From assembly GCF_009914755.1 (NCBI RefSeq), contig NC_060926.1: a stretch of 64,000 nt of DNA; one strand, given 5' to 3'. The translations under genes were made by a program, and so were the position numbers. The notes beneath the pieces were generated by a model that saw only the letters and a list, made by a program, of their open reading frames with translations, was not told where the DNA came from and ran no database searches. This stretch comes from the human T2T-CHM13v2.0 reference genome, Homo sapiens. Shown piece by piece: positions 1 to 15,200 of the stretch. How positions within the stretch are numbered: position 1 is the stretch's first letter; the number at the start of each line of letters is the position of its first letter.

Positions 1-310
1 TTCTCCTATCTAACTGAAATTTGGTAGTCTTTGACCAATATCTCCCAAACTCCACCAACACCACCTCACTCCTACCCCCTAGTAATCACAATTCTACTCT
101 CTACTTCTGAGATCAACTTTTTTCGAATCAACATATGAGTGAGATCATGTAGTATTCTTCTTTTTGTGCATAGCTATTTCAATTCACATAATGTCCCCCA
201 GTTTTTCCACATTGTTGCAATTGACAGAATTTCCATCTTTATTATGGCTGGATAGTAGTCTGTTGTGTATATATACCTTTTTAAAAAATATTCATTCATC
301 CATTGACAGG
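1..310 (-). mobile_element. L1MA/L1MB-type LINE-1 3' fragment
   Basis: ATATGAGTGAGATCATG, ATGGCTGGATAGTAGTC and CATTCATCCATTGA are typical reverse-oriented L1 3' UTR motifs. Confidence 0.75.
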
Positions 311-1977
311 TAGAAAATTTATGTAAAGCAGTTAACTAGCAAAAGCAGTTAACAATAACATCTTAATGTGCCACAGATATTATGTGAAGAGGTAGAATGA
401 TAAACCAAAACAAACAGCCAATTCATCAAATCAACAAAACTAGAAAAATCTCTGACATCCTATTATTGATGTGAGTACATTAAAAAATTGTGAGGCAAAG
501 TGACTGCTACAAAGTTGAAAAAATACTTCACATAACTCATAAATATATAGAAATTCATATTATCGCAGAATAAGCATTAAGATAAAATTAGAATTTGCAA
601 TTAAGTGTTCTTTTGATAAATGGGAAATTATTTTTAGCTCCTAAGATACAGCCTGGCTTTTTGTAATAATACCATTGCTGCTGCTTCTTCCTCTTCTTCC
701 TGTTATCATTATTTTACAATATAGACATGTTGATTTTGGCATTTAAGTGTAAATTATTGATGAACAGAACTTATATTTTGTTGAAGGTGCTTTGTAATTT
801 TTAATATTGTAAACATCATGATCATCAATAAGTACAGGCTTGCAAATTACTTCCCTACATGACTTAACTGAGCTTAATATTTTTTCAACAAGTATATAAA
901 AAATAATAATCCAGGGAACTATGTGCTAAAGCTACTTAGGTTCAGTGCTTTACATGTTTTGTGTACCTAGGTCTCACATTTAATATCATTTCCTATAATT
1001 TCCTGGATTGAAAATTAATCAGACAGTGTCTTCTCTTTCTACATTCTTCTTCTCAAAATAATAGGACAAAAATGTTTAATCCTTCTTTATGGATTTTAAC
1101 ATGCCATTAGTGCTGGAAAGCATGAAAAATATTACAGGGGAAGGTAACCACAAATGGATAGGAGACTAAAAATTGACATTGTTGTCTTCCAAATGTTCAT
1201 ATAATTTCCATTTTAATGCTTTTGTTTTTTAGATATATTTAAAGGTATGTTCTCTTCTTTACACTGCCCAGAGATCACATTGTCTGAATATTAGCAAGTC
1301 TTATTTCCCTAAGATGGAAAGTGCAACAGAGGGAAGATGACTAAAAATAGCACGTCTCTCAAGATGTTTGCTTTCTACCACCTGACTCTAGGATGCAGTC
1401 TTCATTAGGGTACAAATGTATTATAATGGAATGGTCTGATTTCTGTTTCCATATTTTATGATTCTCATAGTCTACCACTTGTTAAATTTAAAAGTACATT
1501 TTAAACAGATGAAAATAAGTGTTAGTTGCTTGCTGATAAGAAGATTTAATTTCCCATATGTTGCAGCACGCTTAATTCATTTAAGAGGTGATATTCAAAA
1601 ATATTACTTAGTATGTATTAAATTTTTATCTTTAATAACCTAGGAAGTTTGCTAGCCTATTATTTCCTGATACATGAATTTATAAATAATCTGGTTATTT
1701 GAATTTGGAATACAAAGCACCCTACTGTTGAGGAAAGGACCTCGAGGGCATGTATAGACACAACAAAGAGGGAGGTGACCAAAATAAAAGTATGTATTAT
1801 TGATGCACAACCTAAATACATCTTTGAGGCTTTATCCAGTGGAAAAAAAACTCAAATAAATTTTTCTCTTGGATGTTCAAACAGCATGTAATTATGTTGT
1901 ATCATATGAATAACTTTCCATCAAACATTTACTGAACACCAATTTTCTAGGAGTTTTATTTAACAATGAAGCTAAAG

Positions 1978-2191
1978 CAGTGGTTGTCAATTGGAGAAGA
2001 TTTTACTTCCAGGGACATTTGACGATGTTGAGAGATAGTTTTGATTGCCATGACTAAGAAAGAAGTGCCACTAGCATCTAGTAGGTAAAGGCCAGGGATG
2101 CTGCTAACCATCCTACAATGCACAAGACAGCCTACACAGCAAAGAATTACCCACCCCAAAATGTCAGTAATGCCACAGTTGAGAAACTCTC
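1978..2191 (+). mobile_element. MER20 (hAT-Charlie DNA transposon), near full length
   Basis: CAGTGGTTGTCAA...GGCCAGGGATGCTGCTAACCATCCTACAATGCACAAGACAGC...GTTGAGAAACTCT matches the recalled MER20 consensus. Confidence 0.85.
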
Positions 2192-2247
2192 AGATAAAGA
2201 CATAAGGATGACTTAAAGGGAGATAAAAATGAAGAAAGAATACCTTT

Positions 2248-2608
2248 TGTATTAGTCTATTCTCATGCTGCTAATAAAGACATACCCAAGATGGGGTAAT
2301 TTATAAAGGAAAGAGGTTTAATTGAATCACAGTTCCACATGGCTGGTGAGGCCTCACAATCATGGCAGAAGGTGAATGAGGAGCAAAATCACATCTTACA
2401 TGGTAGCAGGCAAGAGAGAACATGCAGGGAACTCCCATTTATAAAACCATATTATCTCATGAGACTTATTCACTATCACTAAAAATCACGGGAAGGACAT
2501 GTCCCCATGATTCAATCACCTCCCACCAGTCCTTCTCAGGACACGTGGGAATTATGGGAGGTACACTTCAAGATGAGATTTGGGTGGGGACACAGCCAAA
2601 CCATATCT
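2248..2608 (-). mobile_element. THE1 (THE1C-like) MaLR solo LTR
   Basis: TGTATTAGTC...GATTTGGGTGGGGACACAGCCAAACCATATC; 361 bp; perfect 5-bp TSD CCTTT at 2243-2247 and 2609-2613. Confidence 0.92.
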
Positions 2609-5600
2609 CCTTTTAAAGAGGTGACTGTACTAACCCTAACTAGAAGAGACAGCTCCATGAATTAAATAATGGTTGAAATGAGACGAAAAGTCAGATGCAG
2701 AGATTGTAGGGAAAGAGCATAGACAGGATACAACAATTGAGCGGCTATAAGAGAAGCTCGTAAGAAAGGTGAGGAATCTAGGGCAATTCCCGGGTTTCTG
2801 CTTTTGATGACCTAGTAGCAACTCACAGTATATTGAGATAGGGAACGTATAAGGAGAAATAGAACTGGATGGGAAGTTAGCTTGGTTTGGGAAATGACTT
2901 AGAGGAGAATGAATAACATGTAAATGGAGCCAGTTGCAAAGAATATAATTATATATGGGAATGTGTAAATCTGTAGAGCCCCAAGGTTAATATTAAAAAG
3001 ACAAGAACTAGCCATCAAATAAGTTGAAATTTTACACCATAGATATTACTATTGACTAAAAGAGGTAGCTGTTAGGTGCCCTTCTCACAATGCAAATGAG
3101 GAGTGTGGATCTGGGTAGCTGTGATTACCCCCATAATGGTGAAGTTCCCCTCTAAGTCACTTATGCAAATTTTAGTAGTAATGCTTCCCCCATCTAATAT
3201 TATTCTCCACAGAAATATCCACTTATTCACTGCCTTTTCATATGAATGTGTGGTATAAAGCTGGACTGACAGAAAAGGTACCTTAATAGAAACCAGAAAC
3301 TGATATATTTGCTAAAGCTCTGTATTATTTGGCTTCTTTCCTGCTACATGAAGTAAAGGCCATTTCACTGTATTCCTAAAGGCAATTTACTATTAGCTAT
3401 GAATTTTCAGGTAGGCTTAATTAATCAAGGTCTTAAATTAAATTGAAGTATTTATTACAAGTATATGCATCACAAACATATTTATATAATTTATAAATAG
3501 ATTTGTGTATAATTTACTTGTCTGCAAAACACACAGTACCTTACTGCTATTGATTTCAAGTAGAATCAAGACACTTGGATTCAGTGCACAGGAAGGAAAT
3601 ATGATATCTGTCCATTCCATAATCAGCTAACCTTTAGCAAATTCATTAATTTTTTAAAAGGAAAAATATAATATTTAGAATTCCAAACCTCAAGTGGTAA
3701 TCACATTTCCTGAGACAACCCAGTTATTGTTAGCACTTATATGCTAAGAAACAATTAGAAATTAATTTTTTAGTGAAATTGGAATCCAATTAAGCAAGAC
3801 AGTAAGTTATAATAGTGAGAAAATGGCTTTCAGATTTGTTCAGAATAAACGATACCAGACATTTTATCTACTTCAGACACATGATGAAAGTACAAACTCT
3901 GAAAGTTCACATTTAAAACCAAGAAAGGAGAAATCAACAGGTGAAGCTCATTTGCGCAAAATAATTAACGACAAATGAGTAGTATTTCTTTCCCATAAAA
4001 GAAAAGATTCATGTGGCACTTAATTATTTCATTTACCCAATACTTCGCCTGAAATTGAAGAAGCTCTTTTTCACCAGCTGCTAAACAAAAGCAATTTATT
4101 CAATTGGGTTTGCTTTGCATGAGTTGTTCTGTATATAATAAGAGAGGAAGAAAATAAAAATGTGTAAGTGCCACACTTCCTTCCAAACATTTTTGAAAGT
4201 TATTTGTGGTTCCTTGATACAAGTCATAGGCATAACACCAGGCCTGCACTTTATTGTAATCATTAAATTTGTGTGATTTGAGTATTCTTTCTTATTAATA
4301 AACTGAGAAAATAATGTCTGGAGGAAGAGAAATAAGACAGTGCTAGTTTCCTACGTTCTCTAGCCAGCTAGGCAACAAGCTCTCCATGAAGGAGGCCAAG
4401 CCACTGGAACCACACTCCCACTGTACAGCAGAGAGGACTGGAGGGGGCTGTTCTGTGGGTTCCCAATCACCTGTTGCTTTGGAGTTAGAATGCTGGTTTA
4501 GGCCAACATAGAAATGGAATTTGGTTTTAAAGAAATAAACAACAGTGGTAAAATGTCCAGATCTCTTCTGGACAAAACATGGGGCCAAGAAAGGAATGTA
4601 GCTGTTCTAGAAGGCACTCTGCTGCATGTGGCTGACAGTCTGACTGAATAATGAGAGCTTTCGTCAAATGCGACTGGCAAAGGAACCCTTTCCAAACTGC
4701 ATTTTTTCTCAGGGCCTATTTGCCTGCAGTTGAGGTGCAATTACCCGTCAAATGTGGATGTAATGTAGCCACGTGACACCAGCATATTTCTATTTCTAGA
4801 AAGATAGCAGAGAAAAATCCCCTAGTGTAATCATGTTAGTGTATGCTTACTGTCGGAAGGAAAGGGATTTTTTATTTTGCTCCTGGAGTTGAACCACAGA
4901 AGTTGAAAAAAAAAAAAAGGCTCTGAATTAAGGGGAAAAATCTGATGTTAGGAAACATTGGCTCACGTGCTTCCCACTTTCAGGAACTGAACAGTTTCAA
5001 CAAATAACCTGGTTTATTTTTTTCCCAGATGCATGCATCTATTAAAGCATTTCTCTTCCTCCAAGTACATAAATGAAATACGCATAACTATTTTAAAACG
5101 AGTTAAGAGTTTAAGCTTAAGATTTTATCCTTAACTGCTTAATTGGGCACCCACTCTACACTAGATATCAAAGGGCATTTGGGCCAGATTTGTAAGAATA
5201 TGTTCAACAGGCGATACTTTGCCAGGCTGAGAAATCAAGGTGGCCAGATGTTCAGCAGTGCATTTGCAACCCATGAACCCAGCTCTAGAGAAGCATTCAT
5301 CCCTGGAACTGAGACTCCCTGAAAAAGCCATCCTCCCATGGATCACAAGGGAATTTCCCCAATACCAGCTAGAAACAATTTAACGAAGCCCGAAGCCTGC
5401 CGAATTTTCAGGAGATGAGTGTCCTGCTCTCTCAGACATACTGTTCTGCTATTTTTCCCTAAGGACAAAGTCCCTAAATAAATCCAAACTGACTTTTATT
5501 TGAAAAGAGCAAGTGTAGATTGGTATGTCCAGGAACTTAAGTCACAGGAGCAATAAATTCTAGCACCCTGTTTCCTCTAAACAAAGGGGCCTGCAAAGGA

Positions 5601-5854
5601 CTATTGGTATTTACGAGGACTGCAGAGGCTTGAGTAAGCATTTTCACAGCAGCCCTGTAAGGTTCTAATGCACAGCAGTACTACTCTATAGCCAGCTTAT
5701 TAAACCTTAATGGCACTCTTTTAGTGTTGTACACCAGGACGGTAGATAACTCACCCACAGCGTGGCTTCTGGAAGCTGCCACAGCACTGCAACCATTCTG
5801 CAGGTTACCACCCTTCAACTTGAAATTCCTAGATACTGGTTTCTTCATTAAAAT

Positions 5855-6175
5855 CAGGAGTCAGCAAACCAAGGTGCTTGGCCAAATCTGACCCACTGCC
5901 TCTTTTTGCACTGCTATTAGTAAAGGAGGTTTTTTACATTTTAAAACAGTTGACAAGAAATCAAAAAAGAATAATATTTTGTGACATATGACAACTATAT
6001 AAAATTGACATTTCACTGTCCATAATTAAGTTATATTGGCAAGCCACCACACCCATTCATTTAAATATTGTCTAGGGCTGTTTTTGTAGTATAACAGGTA
6101 GTTGAGGGGTTATGACAGAGACTTATCACCCCAAATCCTACTTCCTGGCTCTTTGGAGAAAAAGTTTGATCCCTG
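5855..6175 (+). mobile_element. MER58B-like hAT-Charlie element
   Basis: CAGGAGTCAGCAAAC...GCCAAATCTGACCCACTGCCT...AAAAGTTTGATCCCTG termini and internal motifs. Confidence 0.75.
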
Positions 6176-7216
6176 ATTTGAAAGTACTATCAGTCATTTT
6201 CATCCTTTAACAGGTTCTGAAATGCATTACTATCAACTTAAAGGAAGACTCCATGTCAGCCTCTTTAACCACTGGTCAAAATGAATCATTTCCCAACAGT
6301 CAGATCCATTGTCCCCACTTAAGAAAAGCATGCAAGAGCTCTGGGTGGGCTAAGCAAGGATCAAGACTAAAATAGTACCTTTAGAAAGCTCTGGAGTTGC
6401 TCCAGCAACATATAGCTGAAAAGTAGTATCACTGATATTTTTTTCAAACTAACATAATAGAACTTGTTCTCTTCAAAGGAGTAACTTTGAAATTTGTTGC
6501 AAAGAATCTGCCAATGTTCAAAACATATTTGGAGTGCACCTTTGATGCTGCCTTTAGAGGCTCTTTTTAAATTATCTTTTAAACAATCTCAATAATGCCA
6601 AATCTTGATTCATTATACTTGAGCTTGATTCATATTTTTAATCTTAAGTCATTCAGAACTACAATCAGTGAATAAAAGGGAGAAGTACATTGCCTGGAAT
6701 AGATGGCGACCTCAATAAATATTAGTGAAACGAATTGAGCTGGTTCGATATAAAGTGACACTAATGCAACTTAAAGGAATAAAAACCTACTGAAGACATA
6801 CATATCCATCCATTATCTGTGCCCCTAAGCGTACATACCCCAAGTCTTTCTGATTCTACATTTAGTTTTCAAATATTGCTGGCTTTCTGGGAATCTGCAT
6901 GATTTTATCTGATTCTCCACTGCCTTCTTCCATTCCCAAGCCTGCCTCATTGTCCTGCATAGAACTCGTCTCAGCCCCTGCTTGACATCTGACTGCTCGC
7001 TCTGGACTTCAGTTGTCACATCTCTTTTCCATCTCTCAGACCACTTCTGATCAACATGCCCATATAGTTATATACACCAGTGATAGTTCTCGGTCCAAAG
7101 TGCCTTTCATATTCACATACTTCTCTGAGGGAAGTAGTCATAGGTTTCCACATGCATGATATGGCAAGCCTTACATCATGCTACCCTGTCCATGATAGAC
7201 TACACGGATGCATATC

Positions 7217-7353
7217 GAAGGTAGCCCTGCATAGGGAAGAAGCGGGGGAGACAGGGATCTATGAAGCTATGTAGCAAATGCCTAAAAGAACAAAATTCAA
7301 TACTGCTTCGTAGATCCCTGTCTCCCCTGTTTTCCCACAGCAGGGCTACCTTT
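7217..7353. repeat. Long imperfect inverted repeat (hairpin), arms ~48 nt, 37-nt loop
   Basis: AAGGTAGCCCTGC..GGGGAGACAGGGATCTATGAAGC pairs with GCTTCGTAGATCCCTGTCTCCCC..GCAGGGCTACCTT. Confidence 0.9.
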
Positions 7354-8224
7354 ACATGGAACTCAAGTAGAACTTTTCTTAGGAAGACATGATACACTGG
7401 TATAAGTAAAGGAGAAAGGAAGGAGACATAGGAAATGAGCGGTCTGTAGAAATACATACTGCTATTAGAAAGAGCAGTGCACCCTCAGAAATCAGTCAAG
7501 ACAGAAAGGTGAGCCACAGAATGATGCCTTCCTGGAGGCAGGGGGAGATAGTAAACTTGCGAGTTCAATGAATTTGCTATAATATCCCAAGTAGTGTAAC
7601 CATGTTCTAGTTCTTTAGGATGCCTGGCTGTGTGACTGCAAGGAAGGTTTCCTGTGTTTTCTCACATTCCTATTTTTCACAGTAACCTAAATGGGTCTCT
7701 TCATTGTAACCTGAATAAATCTGTATTCACAGAAATGAAAGTGGTTTTCTGTTCACTTACTAACTTGGCTATGACTTCAGGAGCAGAGAATTCTAAAACT
7801 GCTTTGAGTAACATCAGTGTCTGTGCACTAAGTGTATATAATCCCAGATGACTTACTAAAAGAACCAAATTCCAATGAAACCTTTGGTAAACTTTTCCAA
7901 ATAGAGCTTCATGACTTTAAAGCTGCTTCTACTGGATGTGTCAATTTATGGAGTAAAATAAAGTAAGAGCAAAAAATTAATTTACAATACTTTAGGGAAT
8001 GATAAGACAGCCTAAATTGCCAGGTAGTTATCTGTATAGCAGTGTACATTGTGTCTAAGTCTTATTTTTTAGGAATTGCTCAATGTTTCTGCTATGCTTA
8101 AACAAAAATAACAAATTATTTATTTACAGTATCTGAAAACAGTAACAACAGAGACATTTATAGATTTATGATACTTTGTATTCTGTTATAAAAATAAAAT
8201 AAATCAGAAATAGCAAATAGTAAT

Positions 8225-8480
8225 TTATTCATTTATGTGTTTATTAAAAAAGCATTTACTATATGCTAAGAACTGAAGACAGGTTGTATAAAATGACTTC
8301 TCTGTTCTGGTGAAGTTCATTGTGAAGGAGAATGACACCTAAATCAGCGATACAACAAAGCATCAAGGAGGGACACCTGATCCAGCCTGGGGTGGAGAGG
8401 AGGTAGAGTTTAGGAAAGATTTTCTGGAGAAGGAATGGTATTTGATCCAACCCTGAAGGATGAGGTACATCCTGCCTTGT
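8225..8480 (-). mobile_element. L2 fragment
   Basis: Degenerate TTCATT..AAGCATTTACT..ATGCTAAG L2 3'-end-like motifs followed by purine-rich L2-like body. Confidence 0.45.
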
Positions 8481-10290
8481 TGGGACAGGCTGATCCATGT
8501 TGTTTGATGAGTAAAATATCAGAACTTGCTGGCCAAAGGTGCATCATCACTCATCACTGAAGACACAGGAATAATGAATCTGTTTTATTTCCAGAGTTAC
8601 TTTATTAAAATACTAAACTCTCCTGGGAAAGTTTAAATTACAAGTCTGTCCAGGTAAAACCTTATCCCTATCAGTCGATGGAGGAACAGACGAGACAGAA
8701 TAAAGAGGGAAGAGGAATGGTTTCTTAGGAATTACTGTTTGGTCCAGCCCCGGCTATGGACATGTAAGAATTTGATTTGGGCAAACTATATTAACTATTG
8801 GAAACACTCTGTTTGCATGTTAAATGCCTAGAAAGGATGAATCATACATATTTCCTATGTTCCATTTTCTGACTCTGTTCTTTTTCCTGTTTCTGCTTTC
8901 TATGCCCTGGCCTTCCTCCCTACCCTCCATTGAGGGTACAATAGCATGTGGTATCAATTAATGTTAAGTTTTGAAACTTAAGTTTCAGTAAACTTTGGGT
9001 CAGCACTACAAAGAACATCTTTATATCTACATCTTTTAAATTCAACCTTTGATTATAAGGAACCAAGAGAGTTTGGATAGGTCAATGAAAATCTATCCCA
9101 AGTCCTACAAATGTGACACAAGGTAAATTTTTTATGAAAGATCATTAGACAATATTGTTCATGTTTTCTATTTTTCTTCTACTCAATATTAAATGGGAAT
9201 ATCACAAAATATTGAGGAAGAGTAAATAATTGTTTAATATTACCATCTTTAGCAAAAAAAATCATTTACTACTGTAATCTCTGAATAGAAGGAATATGAG
9301 CAATAAAATAAATCTGAATTTACACTCCAATATTGTTGAATTCAATCTTGTTCAATCTTGTTCTATAAAACATCTTTCACAAATGTGGGCTCTGAATTTT
9401 ATTTTATCCTGTCATTGCTTAATTTACCAGATTCTGAACCAGTCTTTTGGGACATTTGCAGACTGATTTCTAAGGCAATCTGACAAAAATAACTTGAAAT
9501 TTCAATGAGGATGAAGAATTGCTCTTTAAAGAATGAGGAAGTCAGTAGGCATAAGGGAATTTCTCACAAAACCGCAATGCAGACCACTTCACAAATAACT
9601 GGGAAAATTCTAAATTTTTACTGCACTGAAAGACAATTGGGAGAGAGGACAAACCACTACTTACCTGTAAAAGCTTCACCAGTTTATTACAGTAATTTCC
9701 CTAGAATTCACCCTAAAGTTTTTTGAATAGAGCAGCACCTTTAAATCTGTCTTAATTATCAGCATATGCAAAATATAGAATGATTGCTTTACAAAAGCCA
9801 TTACTCCAGATGTGCAGACTAGGTGAATTTCCTCTGTGGGCACGGCATTTCTAGGCAGACAATGTTAATATTCACTATGACTATATAAAGATGAATGGAA
9901 TGCTTAGGTTTCACGCCTACTTGATAAGTAATCATTTTAGATAAATTATAGATTGATTACATTTAATTACAGAACTACAATGCTCATACAGTATTCTAAG
10001 CCTTTGTCACTTATCCATCTGACTCTCTACACAAAGGAATCCCTGAAAGGATAAGTGAGAGAAGCAAATGCTTCAAAAGCTACAGATTTCATGCAATTGC
10101 CACAAGAGTTGTGAACAACATCTTTTTTGTTCTTTCTTTTTTAAAATACAGATCATGGGGATACGAGTGCAGATTTGTTAAATGGATATATTGTATAATG
10201 GTTGGGCTTCTAGCGTGCCCATCACCTGAATAGTTCCCAGTGTCTGTCACTTCCCTCTGCATATCCATGTGTACCCATTGCTTAGCTTCT

Positions 10291-10963
<673 letters not shown>

Positions 10964-13900
10964 TGGTTTGATTCTTTTTAATGGCTGTATAGTATTCTGT
11001 GGTGTACATGTACCATATATTTTTATTCAATCACCTATTGATGGACACTTAGGTTGATTATGTGGTTAACATCTTCGATGATGAAGAACCATGGAGTTGG
11101 CAATTTGGCTATGAATACAAATAAGAAGTAGTGCTCATCAGGTAACTATAGCTTGCTTTTTTAATTCACAGAACTACCTTTAAATATATTTTATTGCCTG
11201 TACCTTACAAGCATCAGAACTAAAGCTCATAAAGATTATAGGTAACTTGTACAAAGCTAACAGGTTGAGAATCCAAGTTCAAAAAAAGCTTTACTACTTT
11301 GTCATAGGAAATTACTATGGAATTCACCCTAAAGTTAATTCAGCTCTGCCTTATTTCAACGTTTGCATTCTCTTTTCACTCTGCCATAATATTTCACAAC
11401 AGAAGTCTCAAGTGTAAAGACTCAAGAGAAACACCGGGTGGTAATTTAATCAAGACAAAGTTCCTGGGATAACTGTTTATATTAAAATAATTAAAACTCT
11501 AAAACTCTAAAGTGTAATGACCATACAGGTGATATAAAATGTGCAGCTGAGTAGAGAAGAGAGATGTAACTTTTTTCTTAGTGTTGAGGAAGTCTTTCCA
11601 AAGAGATAATTTTAAAATGGGTTTTAAAGGATGCATAGGAGTTCAACCATGTATAAGGGCAACATGGGTGACCTGAGCAAAGGATTAGATAAAACAAAAT
11701 CCGGACACTTGACATGCTCAGGGATCAAATAGTCCAATGTGGCTCAGGGTTTGTATCCTCCTTACCTTCCTCTTTTTGTGATCAGCACATCTCAATATTT
11801 TAGCTTTCCCTAATCGGCTTAATTTTAATATTAAAATATTCAATATTAATATTAAGATTAATAAAAAGACAAAATTTTGAAATGACAGCAAATTCAATGA
11901 TGAAATTGCCGTAAGTGCTAAAGCACCAAAGAACTAAACTAAAAACAGTTGCATCTCTTCTTGGCTCCCTTTCTTCAGGGTCCCAATATCTTTACCACTG
12001 AAAATTATTTTTTTAAGGCACAGATTTTTCAGGAAGGAAAGGAATAAAATTAACACAAATTGAATAGAAATATGAATAGTTCAAAATTAGACTTTTACTC
12101 TCTTTTAGACTTTCTAATTCCAAGCAACACTATCCGACAGGTTATGATGCCTCAGTTTGATGACAGCTTTTTTCTTGAACACTTGCCAGGATGAGGAAAC
12201 CCAGGGAAATTTTCATGAAAGACCTCCTAAAAATTATGTGAAAATTCAGGCAAGTATTTGAGGCCCCTGCTAGACTTTTTTAGTACATCTGTAAATTTAC
12301 AGATTTTTTTTTTTATAGAACAAGCAAAATCACCAACTTAAAACATCCATGAACCTGAACAAGATATTTTATCCACCACTTCTTTCCTTCCCAAGAGGGA
12401 GATTCTCTCTAATCTCAGGAAACAAATATTTTCCTATTGTGTGGTTCCTCAGACCTGGCTTTTGAAATTTCTGCTAAGTACACAGTTGTAATCATTTATT
12501 ACATAATCTATTTCTAATGTCTTATTCTACACATAATGTTTGTGAAATGCATGTAGCTTAGTTGTCTGTGGATATATTCCTTGCCTCTTGCAAGATTCTT
12601 AAAACAGATTTTTATGATTAATAGGTGTCTCTGTTGCTAACCTCAAGTCACTCAAACTCTCCTTTTGAAATGAACATTTATTTCAGATAGTACATGCTCT
12701 CTGCGGATAGCCTGTCCACTTTTCAAATGTAATGTCCTGTCTTCCATAGATACGAAATTTTCAAAAGATATTGGCATAATGCAGGAGAAAATGCCATCCT
12801 TTTATTATGTTCAAAATTGATCTGACCCCTGAGGTAGCACTTTGGGGAATTGGGCTACATAATCATGTAGACCCTTTCAGGAAATGGCTTATTTATGGAT
12901 TTATTTTTTATATACAGAAGATTTCACACTTCTGGCTTTATACAATTGCATCCTCTCTTCCTTTCCAATATGTTTCCAAAGTAGGAAAGCTATATATGGC
13001 AGGAGAACTGAATTTCTATATCAGCTAGAAATCTGTCATCTGCTATATATTGGCTCTAATGATAATGCTTTAAGAATACATTTATCCCATATATGCATCC
13101 AGTCCTCTCCAGCAGAACTTTTGCAGTTCTCATTTACTGAATAAAGTAATGCTAAAGATAGTGCTATATCCTGGTCATTGCCCAATTTTTTTTTTTTTTT
13201 TAAACTGACTTCTAAATTTATTTTTTAAATGTCTTTTTCCCCCTGAAGAATTGATGTATTTTACACTCTTAGATAATAAAAGTTTAGTAAGTCTGCATGT
13301 GTTTTTTCTCACTGCTTAGTTTACATTTAGTAGGTCATCTTTATTGTATTAAAATTTAAGGAAATAAATCATATTAAGTACATATTAAAAACATAGTATA
13401 AATATCAAGCCCTTGTTTTGTCTGAACTTTTTATTATTCAAATTGTTCTTTATTTTTAAAAGTTAAAGGAAGAAATGTAGTTAATCTGTATATCCACATA
13501 AAGCAACACAAGTAGTCCAACTAAACCCGCTGATCTTGGTTCCAGTCCTTTTGAAATGGCTATGCTTTAAATAAAACCTATTTCCTTAGGCTAACAAACA
13601 GTCTATAATCCATTAAGTCTTTATGAACAAATCCAAGGCTTTTGAAATTAGTGCTTGGGGAAGAAAGAGTCAAGTAATGAATTTCAAAGAATTATGAAGG
13701 TGATTAAAGAGGAACAAAGGATCAAACTCCCATCACCATGATTTCTAGAACAGAGCCTATCAAATGGGCATTTGGGAATTTTATTTATCATCTAATCCTG
13801 AATATGAAATAGAAGGTAGAGGGAAGAAGGCAAGAAACAGTGTTAATTTAGAAAGGAGGTGGGATAGAGAAATAGAAAAAAGAATATGAGAGCAATTTTT

Positions 13901-14228
13901 CTTTAATGGACATTTGTAAGCTAAAGAGCAACCAGGAAAAGGTAATAATACTGACAAAAAGAGCCGTTGTTTCTGAAGTTTCAAAATGTCATTTTAACTT
14001 TTTAAGCTGGACTGAGTAAATTGGGTAAGACCACCCTGATCCTAGTGATGCCAGAGATATCTTAGTTACAAACAATGGTTTGAGTTATACTTGTTGTCAC
14101 AGAACTGAAAATTGCAAAACTAATTTTCTCTTATGTACTCAAGTGTACTATGGAAAAACAGAGATACTACAAAGCCACCAACTCCACTGGGAAAGTCATC
14201 TCTGTGCTGGCTCCAGGAGGGTTTATCT

Positions 14229-14970
<742 letters not shown>

Positions 14971-14984
14971 CATCAGAACTTTTA

Positions 14985-15200
14985 CAATAATAGCAAACAC
15001 ACTATAGCCCTTACCATGTGCCAGGCAGTGTCCTGAGTGCTTTTACTATATTAACTCATTACATAAGACTATAATTTAAAACATAACATTATTATTTGTG
15101 TCTACAGACACAGAATTCAAGCACTGAGAGGTTATATGGTTGATCCAGGGTCTGAATCCAGAAAATCTGACTCCAGAGTCCATATACTTGGTCATACCAT
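14985..15200 (-). mobile_element. MIR
   Basis: CTTACCATGTGCCAGGCAGTGTCCTGAGTGCTTT..CTGAGAGGTTA..TCTGACTCCAGAGTCCAT. Confidence 0.75.

Noticed and set aside
6690-6725. CTCF-like AATAGATGGCGAC
   Set aside because: Lacks the CC 5' core and lies in what looks like a decayed L2 3' end (TGCCTGG..CTCAATAAAT).
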